This document shows, piece after piece, positions 51,913 through 63,732 of a stretch of DNA of 64,000 nt (its first letter is position 1; each line of letters begins with the position of its first letter). The translations under genes were made by a program, and so were the position numbers. A model generated the notes under the pieces. It saw nothing but the letters and a program-made list of their open reading frames with translations. It made no database searches and had not been told where the DNA came from. This stretch comes from Glaucostegus cemiculus (Eukaryota). The stretch lies in contig CDPCPM010000391.1 of assembly GCA_976551045.1 (NCBI GenBank), positions 930,001-994,000 on the forward strand, given 5' to 3'.

Positions 51913-52373
51913 GAATACAAGGGCAGTTATGTAGGAAATAAAACAGCAATTTGCACAGGTCAAGTTCCCACAAACAGCAGTATAATGTTGCCTGGACAGT
52001 CTGTTTGAATGAGGCATCAATATTGGTCAGCCCACAGGAGATTACTTCCCTGTACTCCTTCCCAAAAAGGCCACGGGATCTTTAAGAATCATCCTGGGAT
52101 CAGATGGGTTATCCCCAACAGAAGGAGCACTTCCTCACACTATGGGAGCATTAGATTGGACATCTATGCTCAAGGAATGGGATTTGAACCCAGGACATTG
52201 TAAGTTAGAATTGAGTCAAACCTGTCTCTCACAACAAAAGGTTTGTGGCCTCAGAAATATCCGGCAATATCCAATAGCCAAGAGGTGCGGATAGTGGAAA
52301 CCTGCAAACTCTCCTGCTTTTTGCAAGTCACCTAGCAGGGTTTTGTCAGGTTTCTAAGCCACTTGGTGTCTTA

Positions 52374-53115
52374 CAGAATCAGAATCAGAATCAGTTTTAT
52401 TGTCACAACCATATACATACATAGTATGCATAGGAGTGAGATACCGTCCTCTTCAGGTGCTCGTCCCATTAAATAACAAACAACAGAGACACACAGACAC
52501 ACTGAACAAAAAAAAATTACGGAAGTTTAAATTAAATTAAATACACAGATTAAATTAAAAATGGCTGGTAAATAAATAAATAGTTATTAAAGTGAACGGG
52601 CTGGTGGCGGGCATTTAAAGTGCTGGTACATTTCTGTGCACCTAGCATCCCTTAGTGTTAACACAAAAGATGGAGGGATGAGAGAGTTTGCAGTTCTGAT
52701 GGCTTGCGGAAAGAAGCTATTGTTCAGCCTGGTCGTTCTTGCCCTGATACATTTGAGCCTCCTTCCAGATGGCAAAATTGTAAAGAGGTGATGGGAGGGG
52801 TGAGAAGGGTCGGCCATTATATCTTTGGTCTTCCTCACACAACGGTCCTTGTATATGTCTGCGAGGGATGGAAGAGAGACACCTATGATCCTCTCCGCAG
52901 CCCTAACTATCCTCTGGAGGGACTTCTGCCCAGCAGCTGAGCAGCTTCCAAACCAAACAGTGATACATTGAGTTAGGATGCTCTCAATGGTCCCTCTATA
53001 GAAGGTTTTCATAACTGAGGGATGGGAGTTCGCTTTCCTCAGTCTCCACAAGAAGTAGAGGCGTTTCTGGGCTTTCTTCGTGAGGGCTGTAATGTTAGTG
53101 GACCAGGTCAGGTCG
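52374..53115 (-). mobile_element. 5'-truncated Rex1/Babar LINE, uninterrupted C-terminal frame
   Basis: ORF 52587-53150 KKAQKRLYFL..LRK...FYRGTIESIL...LPSGRR...RLNNSFFPQAIR; (TTCTGA)n tail. Confidence 0.92.
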
Positions 53116-53570
53116 GACCAGACAGTGGAGCCTATGGGCATTGCACCCAAATGCTGGCTGCTTAGTCAAACCTTTGAGAAACTTTAAAAGAATGGCAATT
53201 TTTTTAAACATTAGGTTTCCAGCATCTGCATTCTTTTGATTTTTGCTATTTTCTGGTTATTTATAAGCACTTTCATGATTGCTGGATATCAGACGCCCTT
53301 GTGCAGCATCCCTTTTGTACACCAGCGTTGTACTCTGCACCTGTCCCAAAAGCGTCTAAAAAATTTAAAAGGTGCAAAAACAACAAGGATTTGCAGAATT
53401 AAAATGCCCGCCCAGTTTCAGACTCTGCTTGCCCCAAAATCTGCTTCTTTTATAGCTCTAGCAGTGGTTTCATGCAGTCTTTTATTCACGTAAAAATACC
53501 CCATAAAACTCTCCAAATGTCAGTTTTATCAGTTTTGTTTTTTTTGAGAAGACACGAAGAGGTATCCGGG

Positions 53571-53752
53571 ATGACAACAGAACTGTTGCGGAGGCTGGTG
53601 GATATCAGTGAAGCGATATCCAGCGAGGTGCAGCAGGGAGCAGGAGATGGAGTCCAGCTGGGCAGATGGTCTGACCTTCATCAGGCAGCTTGTAGCGGTA
53701 ACACCCATCTAGTGAAAACACACCTACAGCATGGTGCTCTCGTAGATTCCAG
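53571..53752 (+). CDS. ANKRD65: Ankyrin repeat domain-containing protein 65-like, coding exon 1
   Basis: ATG in GGGATG context; ankyrin repeat WSDLHQAACSGNTHLVKTHLQHGALVDS; phase-2 donor AG|GTGAGG. Start codon not certain. Confidence 0.75.
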
Positions 53753-55412
53753 GTGAGGTGCTGCTATTGGCAACAAATGACAGCAACAGGAAATAGATCA
53801 GCAAAAGAATCAGTGGAATGGGATTATGAATGGAGGAGTTTGCTTTCTGTGCATAAGGAACATCAGGGCAAGTCACAACAGTCCTCCTTCCAGTTCTTCA
53901 TGATCTCCCTGGTGGAACCTCTTCCTCACAACTGTCTACCTCCAGAGCCAGCCTGTGCCTTCTCTTCCATCTCCTTTACAGTGTGAGGAATTTGTGAATT
54001 ACTTTGTCTTTAAAATAAAGCCTTTGCACTTTGACTGATGCATCGTGCACTCTAAAAAAACACTTGCAATACCTGATAAAGGATGAAAGGTGTTAGGTGA
54101 TGCACTGACCCAATGGGCGAAGCTCTGAGCTCTACTCAGGACCATATGAGTGGGATGAGAAACAACTCTCAGTTATAATAAATCGACGTGAGTGAGTTTG
54201 GGCAGAAATGGGTGTGGGTGCAGGGGATAAAATTGCTCAGTTTAAGGGGAAAAGATTCTGCCTCTGTGGTCCCAGCACTTATCGGAAGTGTGTAACGTGA
54301 TGCGCTGCGAGCAATTGATTCCCAGCCTGGGATTATCAGCTAGTGAGGCAGTAGAATAGTCAGTGCGGGAGATGGGCAGTAGGGGGTACGCTGTGTGCGT
54401 TAGGGAGAGCATCAGCTTAGCCCTTACGCCTGTGTCCTTGGATATCATGAACAGATACATCCCACTGGTGTCACTAGCTTGTGTTACTAAAAATAACATT
54501 GGAAACTGATAGAGACAATACTTTGCTTTTAACAACCCTCGCACAAACCATGCTAATCAGGTTAAACTGTAATTTGTTAGTCAAATAAGAAATATATATA
54601 TATATAATTATATATAAGCTACATACAGATAGAGATAATTGAATTCTGGATGTGATAGGCTGGCTCTGTGCTAAAGGGAGAGGATTTACCAGACCAACTA
54701 GTCAGGGGTGAATAAAATGAGATTCAAATTGAGCAGGATTGAAATTCTAACTGGAGATATGTTTTCACAATGTCCAGTTTGACACTGATTGTAGTGAAAG
54801 ATTTGTGAGCAATGGCTTCAGTTGCCTGTGTAGGAGGTTATCAATTACCAGAGAATCCCAGCACAATCCTAAGGAGTGAAACATCCAGATCACTAGCTGG
54901 GTTAGTGGGTGATCACACCTTTATTAGCGTAACTGTGTAATAATTATTAGCGTAATTATTATACTCTGACTTTAATTTATGGGCAAGGTTTCAGTGTGTC
55001 GGACTAACAGTTTGATCTTATCCTGGATGGGGCCTCAGTGGGATTGTCATTAATGGGAGCAGTTCCACATGGATCTAGTCATGAGTGGAGTCTCCCAAGG
55101 ATCTATTGCGAATCCTAGTCCTTAATGATGATCTGGATGAGGGAGTCGTTAGGTAGTGGAGGGGAGAAACTTCTGTGAACATTAAATATATTGGGTCCAG
55201 TCCTTGCAGAGATCCTGTCTTACTGGTCCTCAGTCCAAATGTCTCACTTTGTTCATCCTGGCGTTATTCACTAGCACAGGAACCAGTCCATACCACCCAG
55301 AATTCATTGTATATATCTCCCTGAAGTCTCAGTCTTCATTTTAACTGGATGATTGAAGCGTGTGTGGGCACGGTCAGGCACTGGCTGTACACCGTTATCC
55401 TGTTATACGCAG

Positions 55413-55962
55413 GGATGAGTACGGCTACACTCCGCTACATTACGCAGCATTTAATGGCTGTCAGGCGCTGGTTAAACTTCTCGTTCACCGTGGGGCACAG
55501 GTCGATGCCACAGACAAGCATGGGTGGACTCCTCTACATCGAGCTGCATGGAATGGACACACCCAGACTGCCGTGCTCCTACTGCGACGTGGAGCTTCGA
55601 CCAGTGCGTCTACCGGATGCGGATTGACAGCATTGCACTGTGCAGCTGCAGGGGGGCACATACTGACTGTGCAGCAGCTGCTGAGCTATGGTGCAAGGGC
55701 AGATGCATTGGATACTCACTGCTGGACCCCACTGCACTGGGCAGTTGTGGGTGACCAGTTACATATAATAGAGTTCTTCCTTTCTAAGGGAATTTCGATG
55801 CATTGTACAACACGGGGCAACATGACACCCTTGCATCTAGCTGTGGAGGCTGGAAACAGGAAAGTAATTAAACTACTGTTGGAAAATGGAATCTGCATCA
55901 ATGCTGAAGATGCTGTTGGACGGACTGCGTTATCGATTGCTGCTGCTAATGGCCAAGAGGAG
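55413..55962 (+). CDS. ANKRD65: ANKRD65-like, coding exon 2 (about 5-6 ankyrin repeats)
   Basis: Acceptor ATACGCAG|G is in phase with exon 1; repeated G.TPLH.AA..G motifs; phase-0 donor GAG|GTATGT. Confidence 0.9.
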
Positions 55963-56929
55963 GTATGTCTAAGCAATAAATAATGATGCACTGATACACT
56001 GAAGGACACAGACCATACCAGATCCTCTCCTCTTTTTAAACAGTTTCCTAGGCATCAAGCATGCAGAGAAGCCTGACTGATACTCCAAAGCCGAGCTCAC
56101 CAACAATCTGTGCAACCAGTAACAAGCTAGAATGTGCCAAGTCAAAATTACTGCTCTTAAATCACTTCAAAGTTGGGAATAGGCAAGTGTTTCCCTTCAG
56201 GTTTTCATGCCTTCAACATTTCAGTGGCAATAATTCACCCACTGTCTATGGAAATGTCCACAGGCTACCCCTGGAGAACACATCCCAAAGATACAATACC
56301 CTCTAGCTGAGATCTGAACAAGATACTCCTGTCATGTGGATGTGTGTTTCTCAAATCTCCCCATAGGTGGATTAAGTCAGCATTTGAACAAATTCAAGTG
56401 AGAAGCTGTTTGGTTTCGGAGGAAGCTGAACATTTCATGGAAGTGGGTTCAATTGATTAACTAACTTGGTGCATCTTTAGCTCAGGTAGGAATTCAAAAT
56501 TAAGAACACACACTGCTTCCTCTATTGTAGAAGGCTGGCTTCCTTAAACAAAAATGCTTTCAGCCAATCATACAATATTTCAAATCACTTTTTATTTATT
56601 TGGTTTTTTTTGGATCAGGCATCAATGGGAAGCCAATATTTATTGCCCAACTCTCAATGTCCTCACGAAAGTGGTGGTGTGTCACCTTCTTGGACCACTG
56701 CACACTGTTGGGTAGAGTTCTACGATTTAGATGGGAGGTTGAGGAACGGTGATATATTTCACCGTCAGGATGGTGGGCAACTTGAAGGAAGTCCTACAGC
56801 TATAGTAAACAGTGGATTTCCAATACGTCTGTTGTGCATTCACTCAGGCAAAGGGTTAATTATCTGGTATGTTAACCCATTCAAGTTATGCAGCTAACAG
56901 GTAGTTAAAGAACTGCCAATGGTAACTAC

Positions 56930-57072
56930 AAACAAACTGCTGGAGGAACTCAGCGGGTCAGGCAGCATCTGTGGAGGGAAATGGGCAGTTGATGTTGTGG
57001 GATGAAATGTCGACTGTGCAGTTCCCTCCACAGATGCTGCCTGACCCGCTGAGTTCCCCCAGCAGTTTGTTT
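56930..57072. repeat. Near-perfect inverted repeat (51-bp arms) of Penelope-type termini in ANKRD65 intron
   Basis: 56930-56980 versus 57022-57072: 50 of 51 complementary. Confidence 0.9.
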
Positions 57073-57222
57073 TTTGCTCCAGGTTCCAGCATCTGCAGTA
57101 TCTTGTGCCTGCTAGTGGTAAGTGCTTGTTTGGTGTAAAGGAAAAGCTCAGAATGTAATGATTCTCAATAAACAGCGGCAGAGGTACTTTGTGAAGTTCA
57201 TGGTTTGCTTGCTTTGTTACAG

Positions 57223-57648
57223 GTGGTGATAGATCTGCTGGCACATGGGGCTGTGGACAGTAACAGAGCTTCTGCTCTTCAAGCTGCAGCAGGAATAGGT
57301 CACTTCAGAATAATGGAACTTCTAATGCAACACGGGGCCAGCGTGGACGTCCGAGATAGCCTGAACATGACTGCACTTCATCGGGCAGCAGAGAGGGGCG
57401 ATACAGAAGTTGCAGAGTATCTGATAGACCACGGAGCTGACGTAGAGGCGAGAGGGTGGCTTATGAATACCCCCCTTCACCTTGCCACAGAAAGGGGCCA
57501 TGAGCAGACCATCCAGTTACTGCTGAGCAAAGGTGCCGATACATACACCACCAACCTGTGGTACGAAACGCCCCTTGACATTGCTTCAGCACGAGTTTGT
57601 CATGATGGCTGTTTGTTTGAAAATAACCTTCCTGAGAAAAATAATTAG
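57223..57648 (+). CDS. ANKRD65: ANKRD65-like, last coding exon
   Basis: Acceptor TTTGTTACAG|GTG, phase 0; TALHRAA, TPLHLA and ETPLD motifs; TAG stop. Joined CDS 182+550+426 = 1158 nt = 385 aa. Confidence 0.9.
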   Translation: MVIDLLAHGAVDSNRASALQAAAGIGHFRIMELLMQHGASVDVRDSLNMTALHRAAERGDTEVAEYLIDHGADVEARGWLMNTPLHLATERGHEQTIQLLLSKGADTYTTNLWYETPLDIASARVCHDGCLFENNLPEKNN

Positions 57649-57892
57649 CTCTAGTTATTGTCTATAAACTTAAAATGATCATGTACCCTTTACAACACCA
57701 TAAATTACAGGCCTCAGTACTTTTAACAATGTTATATATTGTACAATATACATTGGAGAGTGACAACTCTTGTATGTCAATGTACTTGATATAACACCAT
57801 AAAATGTACAGCATTATCCCTTGTCCTGCATCATATTTACACTGCTCCACAAACTACCTCACACCAACTATTCCAACACCAAATATGGGGGT

Positions 57893-58810
57893 CTGAAACA
57901 AAACAGAAAATGGCTGAAAAACATAGCAGGTCAGGTAGCATCTGTGGAGAAAGAAACGGAGTTCTCGGTCAGTGACTTCTCACCAGAACAGAAAGGGTGA
58001 GACAACAGGTGTGCTTTAAACTGCAGAGACGTGGGGGCATGGAGAGAACAGAGCGAGGGTCTGTGATGGGGTGGAGATCAAGTTTGTCCAGGTAACTTTA
58101 TTGCTCTCGGTGCCAGCTAGTTAATAAATGGATGAGGTGCAGTCAGAGCGAGAGAGGAAACCAAAGAACATGTTGTAACTGTGAGCAGTTGCTGGAAAAT
58201 TGAAACAAAAGAGAATGCTGGAAATCTCCCGGAGATGAGGCAGCTCCCCGCGGACAGAGAAAAGGCAAGTTTCTGCCACGGGTGGATAACCTCACAATAA
58301 AATTGGCCAATTCTGACCAACAGAAAACGGCTGATTCATTGTCTTATTCAGTAATGAGTCTCCATGTTACCACATGCCCAGACAGATGTTCCTCGAGCTA
58401 ACACAGGTCACTGTTGGAACAGTGTAGGAGACCAGATGTGGAAAAATCGGAGTGGAGAATTGAAGTGCAGGGGTCTGGAAGCTCAGGGTTACCTTGTGCA
58501 CTGAGTAATGGACGCGTTTTGCAAAGTGGTCACCCAATCTGCATTTGGCTTCTCCGGTGCAGTGGAGACCACCTCATGAGCACTGGATGCAATGCACTGA
58601 ATTGAAATAGGACCGTATGAATTGCTGCTTCACCTGGAAGGACTGTTTCTAGCCCAGGAAGGGAGGAGGTAAAGAGCTGTGAGTGCATGGGAAGATGCCA
58701 GGAGAAGGGAGCGGTTGATGGAAATGTAAGAGCGAACCAGGGAGTGAACTGTCCCATTGGAATGCTGTAAGACGGAGGGAGGAAAAGGGGGAAGATCTGA
58801 AGGGTGTGGT
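57893..58810 (-). mobile_element. Degenerate Penelope-like element (termini and GIY-YIG trace)
   Basis: Reverse-orientation similarity to 23100-23900. Confidence 0.6.
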
Positions 58811-61421
58811 CCAAAATCCTGCTTCAGTGTAATTGGCACTGTTGTGACAGAGAGGGAATGGTTGGGAAACTCAGCTCAAGAGACCAAGGCCATGGCATTA
58901 CTTTTGAATTGATTAAGAGGAGATTTGACAGTCTTGATGGCTAAAGTAGTCTCTTTCTGTGGTATAGTCTAACATACCTCAATGGTCAGCCCATTAGATA
59001 GCACCACTTCCTGCCTACCTAGCAACATTGCACTGTTGTATTTTATCATTTCCTTGACAACACCTTGCAAGTTCCTACATTTCATCTACCCCTATCATTT
59101 TCCCTTCTGAGTCTAATACATGGTGCTACTACCAAAAACTCACAAGTAGCATCCTTTAAGATTTCTGCAGCTGCACTGATGTGTGCTTACAGTTCACTAT
59201 ATGGTGCTGCTTCGCTCTGCCTCACTGGTGGCACTGGAGGGAAGCTCTGCGATCCTCTGATGACAGAACTTTCTCAGGTTAAAGTAAAACTATAGATAAA
59301 GGGAAACTTACAGTTTCATCTTCTCTGCAGGACCCTGGGACCGGCAAGTTGGCTGCTGAGGAATACATTTTGTCTAATTCAGCTCCGTGTCTTTCAGTGG
59401 GGTACTCATTTTGCAATCAACAGAGTGGCTTTGATGTTGTAGATTCAAGGCACTCATGGTCAGTTGAGAGATTTGGTTGAAGCTGCAGCATGGATGTTGC
59501 TAAGCAATCATGCAGCCCAGCGATAGGGCATTTTACAGTGCTTTTGACAGGTGAAACTCTCTTAAGCTGCTTAGCGCAGCAAGGCTTACAACTTTAAATT
59601 TGTTATACTGCAACACAAGTGCCGTGCACAGTCAGCAATGAAAGAGCTTCACATTTGTCTGCCATTGGATGAAAGTAAATCTTCAAATGATTTCCTGGCA
59701 GACCTTCGTGGAATGTCCATCTTATGGAATTGCACGGTCTTTTTGGTTTACTCCTGCTTATGTTCTCAATTTACATTTTACTTGGTTCTGCTGTTTACTA
59801 ACAATACAGAGCATGGAGCCACCCCCAACTAGTTGTGTAGCATTAGCAACCCCTGGAGAAGCAAACAACGCCACTTACTGCACTCATCATCATTCATCAA
59901 GGAAGCTTCAATGTTGTGTTACTCCAGCAGATACTTTCCCGCCGCTTCTTTTTGAACATTTATGTTAGGATTATGACACCCATTTTGTTTTTTCATAACA
60001 ACCCATTGGAAACACTGGGAAAGCAGCCTATTGAAAACAGGTGTTGATGGTTGGCAGACTCAGTGGACCGAAGGGCCTGCTTCCATGCTGTGTCTCACCG
60101 TGAATCTCTGTAAAATGCTAATGGTATTTGCAAAGCTAATTAGGTAATTGTCCATCCTCACCCAGCTTTCAATGGCAAATCAAAGTTAAAGTCATTGTCA
60201 TCTGCACAAGTCCATGTGTGCACAGGTGCAATGAAAAACCTACCTGCAGCAGCATCACAGGCACAGAGCATCAGATAAGCAGCATTCACAAGAAAAACGT
60301 AAATTATACACAATTTTTAAAAGAAAGAACACTAGAACAAAAAGAATAAAAAGTCTACTTTAGTGCAGAGATCAAAGTGATCATAGTGTTGCTAAACTGT
60401 GGCGATTATGATATTGCCGGTTGATTCAATTCCAGAAGTTATTTGTATAAGTTGTAAGAAGAAAATAAATGGCATACCACCAGAAATCCCATTGAGCTCA
60501 CATGTGAACAAAATATAGCAGTAAATAGAAATCTAACACACCTCAAAAGTGTAGAATTAGGATAAAATGAGAAAAAATACATGGCATATTGTAATCAGGA
60601 AGGCTAACATAAGGTAGAATTTAACATACATGTGATTTTGATGGATAAACTTATTGTGGCATGTTACTTTATTATTTTGGAAGCAAAATTAAACCGTTTA
60701 ATTGTTCCCATGCAAGGTCACCAGGCTGAAATATTAGCTGTTCTAATGTTTACTGGATGCATTTGGTGTGTTCGCCACAGATGTCACCTGACCTGCTGAG
60801 TATTCTCAGCATTTTCTCTATTTCTAACTATGCAGTTATTTTGTCTTCTTATTCATATTCTGTTTTAGGATTTACAACCAGAAATCCTCCAGTGAATTAA
60901 ACACCAAGTTCTTACCATTCCGCATACTGAATAAAAAGTTAAAGCAACTCCTTAATTTCTACTCTGCTAATTAGGCTTTGCCACTTGATTAAAGTTGATA
61001 GGAAAACAATAATACAGGAAAGCAAAGTTTCAATCAACTTTAGATGGTGTAGAAAGTTCAGTAAATGTAGATTTTCCCAACAGAATGCTTATCTGGCCTC
61101 AGTTTTAATGTACTGGGCTAACAGCGTGAGCAAGTGGAAAGAATGCGAAACACCAAGCCAAATGCTGACGCTCCAGCCTGAAGTGCTGAATATACCCAGC
61201 AACTCATCAAACCTGACTGAAGTATTCCCAACATTTTCTCTTTTGAGGTAATTAGACATTAGCACCGACTTTTGAAAGGAGACGACTGTTTTTTAAATAA
61301 TTTTTTCACCGTGTTAACCACTACTTCTATTGCATCTTACTGCTGCACACTTTCACCCACTGCTGTACAGCTCCCGAGGCTGTCATCAGTTTACATACCT
61401 TGTTTCATTTTAAAAGCCTTC

Positions 61422-62113
61422 CCCAACTAATCCTTGGCTGGATATGGATAATCCTTCCTGCACGGTTGGGGCATCACCCCCAGCGCGCGCTGCCCCCGGG
61501 AGGACTGCGCTGGGGACGAGACGGTCGCCCACCTCTTTGCGGGCTGTGGGTTTGTGAGGAGGGTGTGGAGAAAGATGCAGGGGTCCTTGTCACGGTTCAT
61601 CCCCAGCAGCTGCATAACAGAGGACTCTCTGCTCTACGGGCTGTTCCCGGGGACACACACAGAGACGGGCATCAACTGCTGCTGGAGGGTCATCAACTCA
61701 GTGAAAGACGCCCTTTGGTCTGCCCGAAAGTTGTTGGTCTCCCGGCACTGTGAGATGTCCGTAGGGGAACGCTGCCGACTGGCACATTCCAGGCTGCAGG
61801 AGTACGTGCTGAGGGACGCACTGAAGCTGGGCGCAGCCAGCGCAAGGGCTCGGTGGGGAAGGACGACAGTCTAGGGTTCTTCTGCCACAGGAGAGGGAGG
61901 GGCGGGCTCGGGTGAGGAAGCCCCTCGAATGTGGTAAATATGGGATTGGGGATCACCCCAGGGGGTCACACGGGTGGCATCGGTGCTGTGTTCTGTGCAT
62001 ATAAAACAGTAACACTAAGAATGGAACTGGACACAGGTGTAATGGTTTGAACTGATTTATTATTGTATATAGTTTATTTTATGATGAATAAAGTTTATTT
62101 TGGTAAAAAAAAA
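61422..62113 (+). mobile_element. 5'-truncated Tx1/L1-clade LINE with poly(A) and 10-bp TSD
   Basis: ETVAHLFAGC...VWRKMQ...INSVKDALWSAR...LQEYVLRDALKLG; AATAAA at 62087; AAAAGCCTTC at 61412-61421 and 62110-62119. Confidence 0.9.
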
Positions 62114-62269
62114 GCCTTCAGAACTGCTGCAAAAATCAGCATAACACAGAGCACACCCTGGTATTTGAAAAAGTGTTGTTTAGAAAGATGCCATGATAAA
62201 GAGAGTCAACAGTTTCAAATAATTTGCAGGGAATTTGTTTAATAAACCTCAGCACAGTTTGGGCAGCAG

Positions 62270-62534
62270 CCCCCCCCCCCCGCACATGATGAGCCCTCCC
62301 GCCCCGTATCCTCCCGCCTCCACAGTGGTACAGTCCAGGTCCCGCCCGCCCGAGGGGAATGCGCGCATGCGCGGGATGGGAGTGACCAATGACAGGGCGC
62401 GGTCCCGCCCCCCGGATCCGGGCCTGGGACATCCGGTGCGAGCGGCGCCGTCACCTTGGCTCCGCGCCCCGGGAAGGTGCAGTTGAGCCGGGCGGTGGGG
62501 ACTGGGGCCGCCGCCTCCCTCCGTCCCTCCGCTG
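62270..62534 (+). promoter_or_regulatory. CpG-island promoter and 5' UTR of MRPL20
   Basis: CpG-dense; NRF1 palindrome GCGCATGCGC at 62363-62372; CCAAT at 62386; CCGCCC GC boxes near 62297, 62342 and 62405. Confidence 0.8.
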
Positions 62535-62621
62535 ATGGTTTTCCTCAGTCTCTCGCGTTGGATCCGGAGCCGCGGGCCCGACCGCTACTGGCGGGTCCAG
62601 GAGTTGCTGCAGCGGGCGCGG
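62535..62621 (+). CDS. MRPL20: 39S mitochondrial ribosomal protein L20, coding exon 1
   Basis: MVFLSLSRWIRSRGPDRYWRVQELLQRAR (87 nt); donor CGG|GTGAGG. Confidence 0.95.
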
Positions 62622-62633
62622 GTGAGGGCGGTT

Positions 62634-63205
62634 CCCGGGCCCAGGCCTCGGCCCCCGGGCCCCTCCCTCACCCGGGCCCAGGCCTCGGCCCCCGGGCCCC
62701 TCCCTCACCCGGGCCCAGGCCTCGGCCCCCAGGCCCCTCCCTCACCCGGGCCCAGGCCTCGGCCCCCAGGCCCCTCCCTCACCCGGGCCCCCGGCCCCTC
62801 CCTCACCCAGGCCCCCGGCCCCTCCCTCACCCCGGGCCCCTCCCTCACCCGGGCCCAGGCCTCGGCCCCCGGGCCCCTCCCTCACCCGGGCCCAGGCCTC
62901 GGGCCCCTCCCTCACCCGGGCCCAGGCCTCGGCCCCCGGCCTCTCCCTCACCCGGGCCCCCGGCCCCTCCCTCACCCCGGGCCCCTCCCTCACCCCGGGC
63001 CCAGGCCTCGGCCCCCGGGCCCCTCCCTCACCCCGGGCCCCTCCCTCACCCGGGCCCCTCCCTGCCCTCGGCCCCCGGGCCCCTCCCCGCCCTCGGCCCC
63101 CGGGACCCTCCCGGGCCCCACCCTCGACCCCCGGCCCCCTCCCTGCCCTCGGCCGCCGGGCCCGGCCCCTCCCTGCCCCCCCGGGCCCCTCCTGGCCCCG
63201 GCCCA
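62634..63205. repeat. C-rich minisatellite in MRPL20 intron 1 (37-bp unit with 18-30 bp variants)
   Basis: Unit CCCGGGCCCAGGCCTCGGCCCCCGGGCCCCTCCCTCA; degenerates after about 63060. Confidence 0.92.
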
Positions 63206-63324
63206 GTGCGGGGTTTCATAGGAAGCGAGAGCGCCCCAGCTGTGGGCAGCATGGGCACGGCGGGCCGAATGGCCTGATTCTGTGCTCGTCCTCCGTCTGC
63301 AGGTCGTCGAGTCAGGGTTGTAGA

Positions 63325-63556
63325 ATAATGCCGCACGGAAACAGGCCCTTCGGCCCGACTGGTCCATGCTGACCATCCTGCCCGTCCAGCTAGTTCCATG
63401 TGCCTGCTCCGAGCCCCTCCTTACCCATCTACTTGCCCTTTGAATGTTGTTAATGTACTTGCCTCAACTGCTTTCCATGGCAGCTCATTCCAGGTGCTCA
63501 CCATTCTCTGCGTGAAGGTGTAGCCCACTCAAGTCCCTTTTTAAATCTTTCACCTT
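63325..63556 (-). mobile_element. CR1 3' fragment in MRPL20 intron 1
   Basis: ACGCAGAGAATGGTGAG..CCTGGAATGAGCTGCCA and GGGCCGAAGGGCCTGTTTCCGTGC on the - strand. Confidence 0.75.
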
Positions 63557-63621
63557 AGACCCAGGGGTCTAAGGTCCTGACCCAAGGTCTGTTCTCATTC
63601 TTTTCTCCTTTGTTTCTACAG

Positions 63622-63732
63622 CATTTCCGTGGGCGGAAGAACCGATGCTACAGCCTGGCATTGCGGGCTGTCCGGAGAGCCTTCCTCTACTCCACCAAAG
63701 CCAGGAAGCTGAAGAAGCGGAACATGAGGATG
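63622..63732 (+). CDS. MRPL20: MRPL20 coding exon 2
   Basis: Acceptor TTTGTTTCTACAG|; [37 protein letters not shown] (111 nt), bL20 signature; donor ATG|GTAAAG. Confidence 0.96.

Noticed and set aside
62456-63399. Pro/Gly-rich ORFs of 117-273 aa
   Set aside because: Stop-free translation of a GC-rich intronic repeat; the real frame splices at 62621
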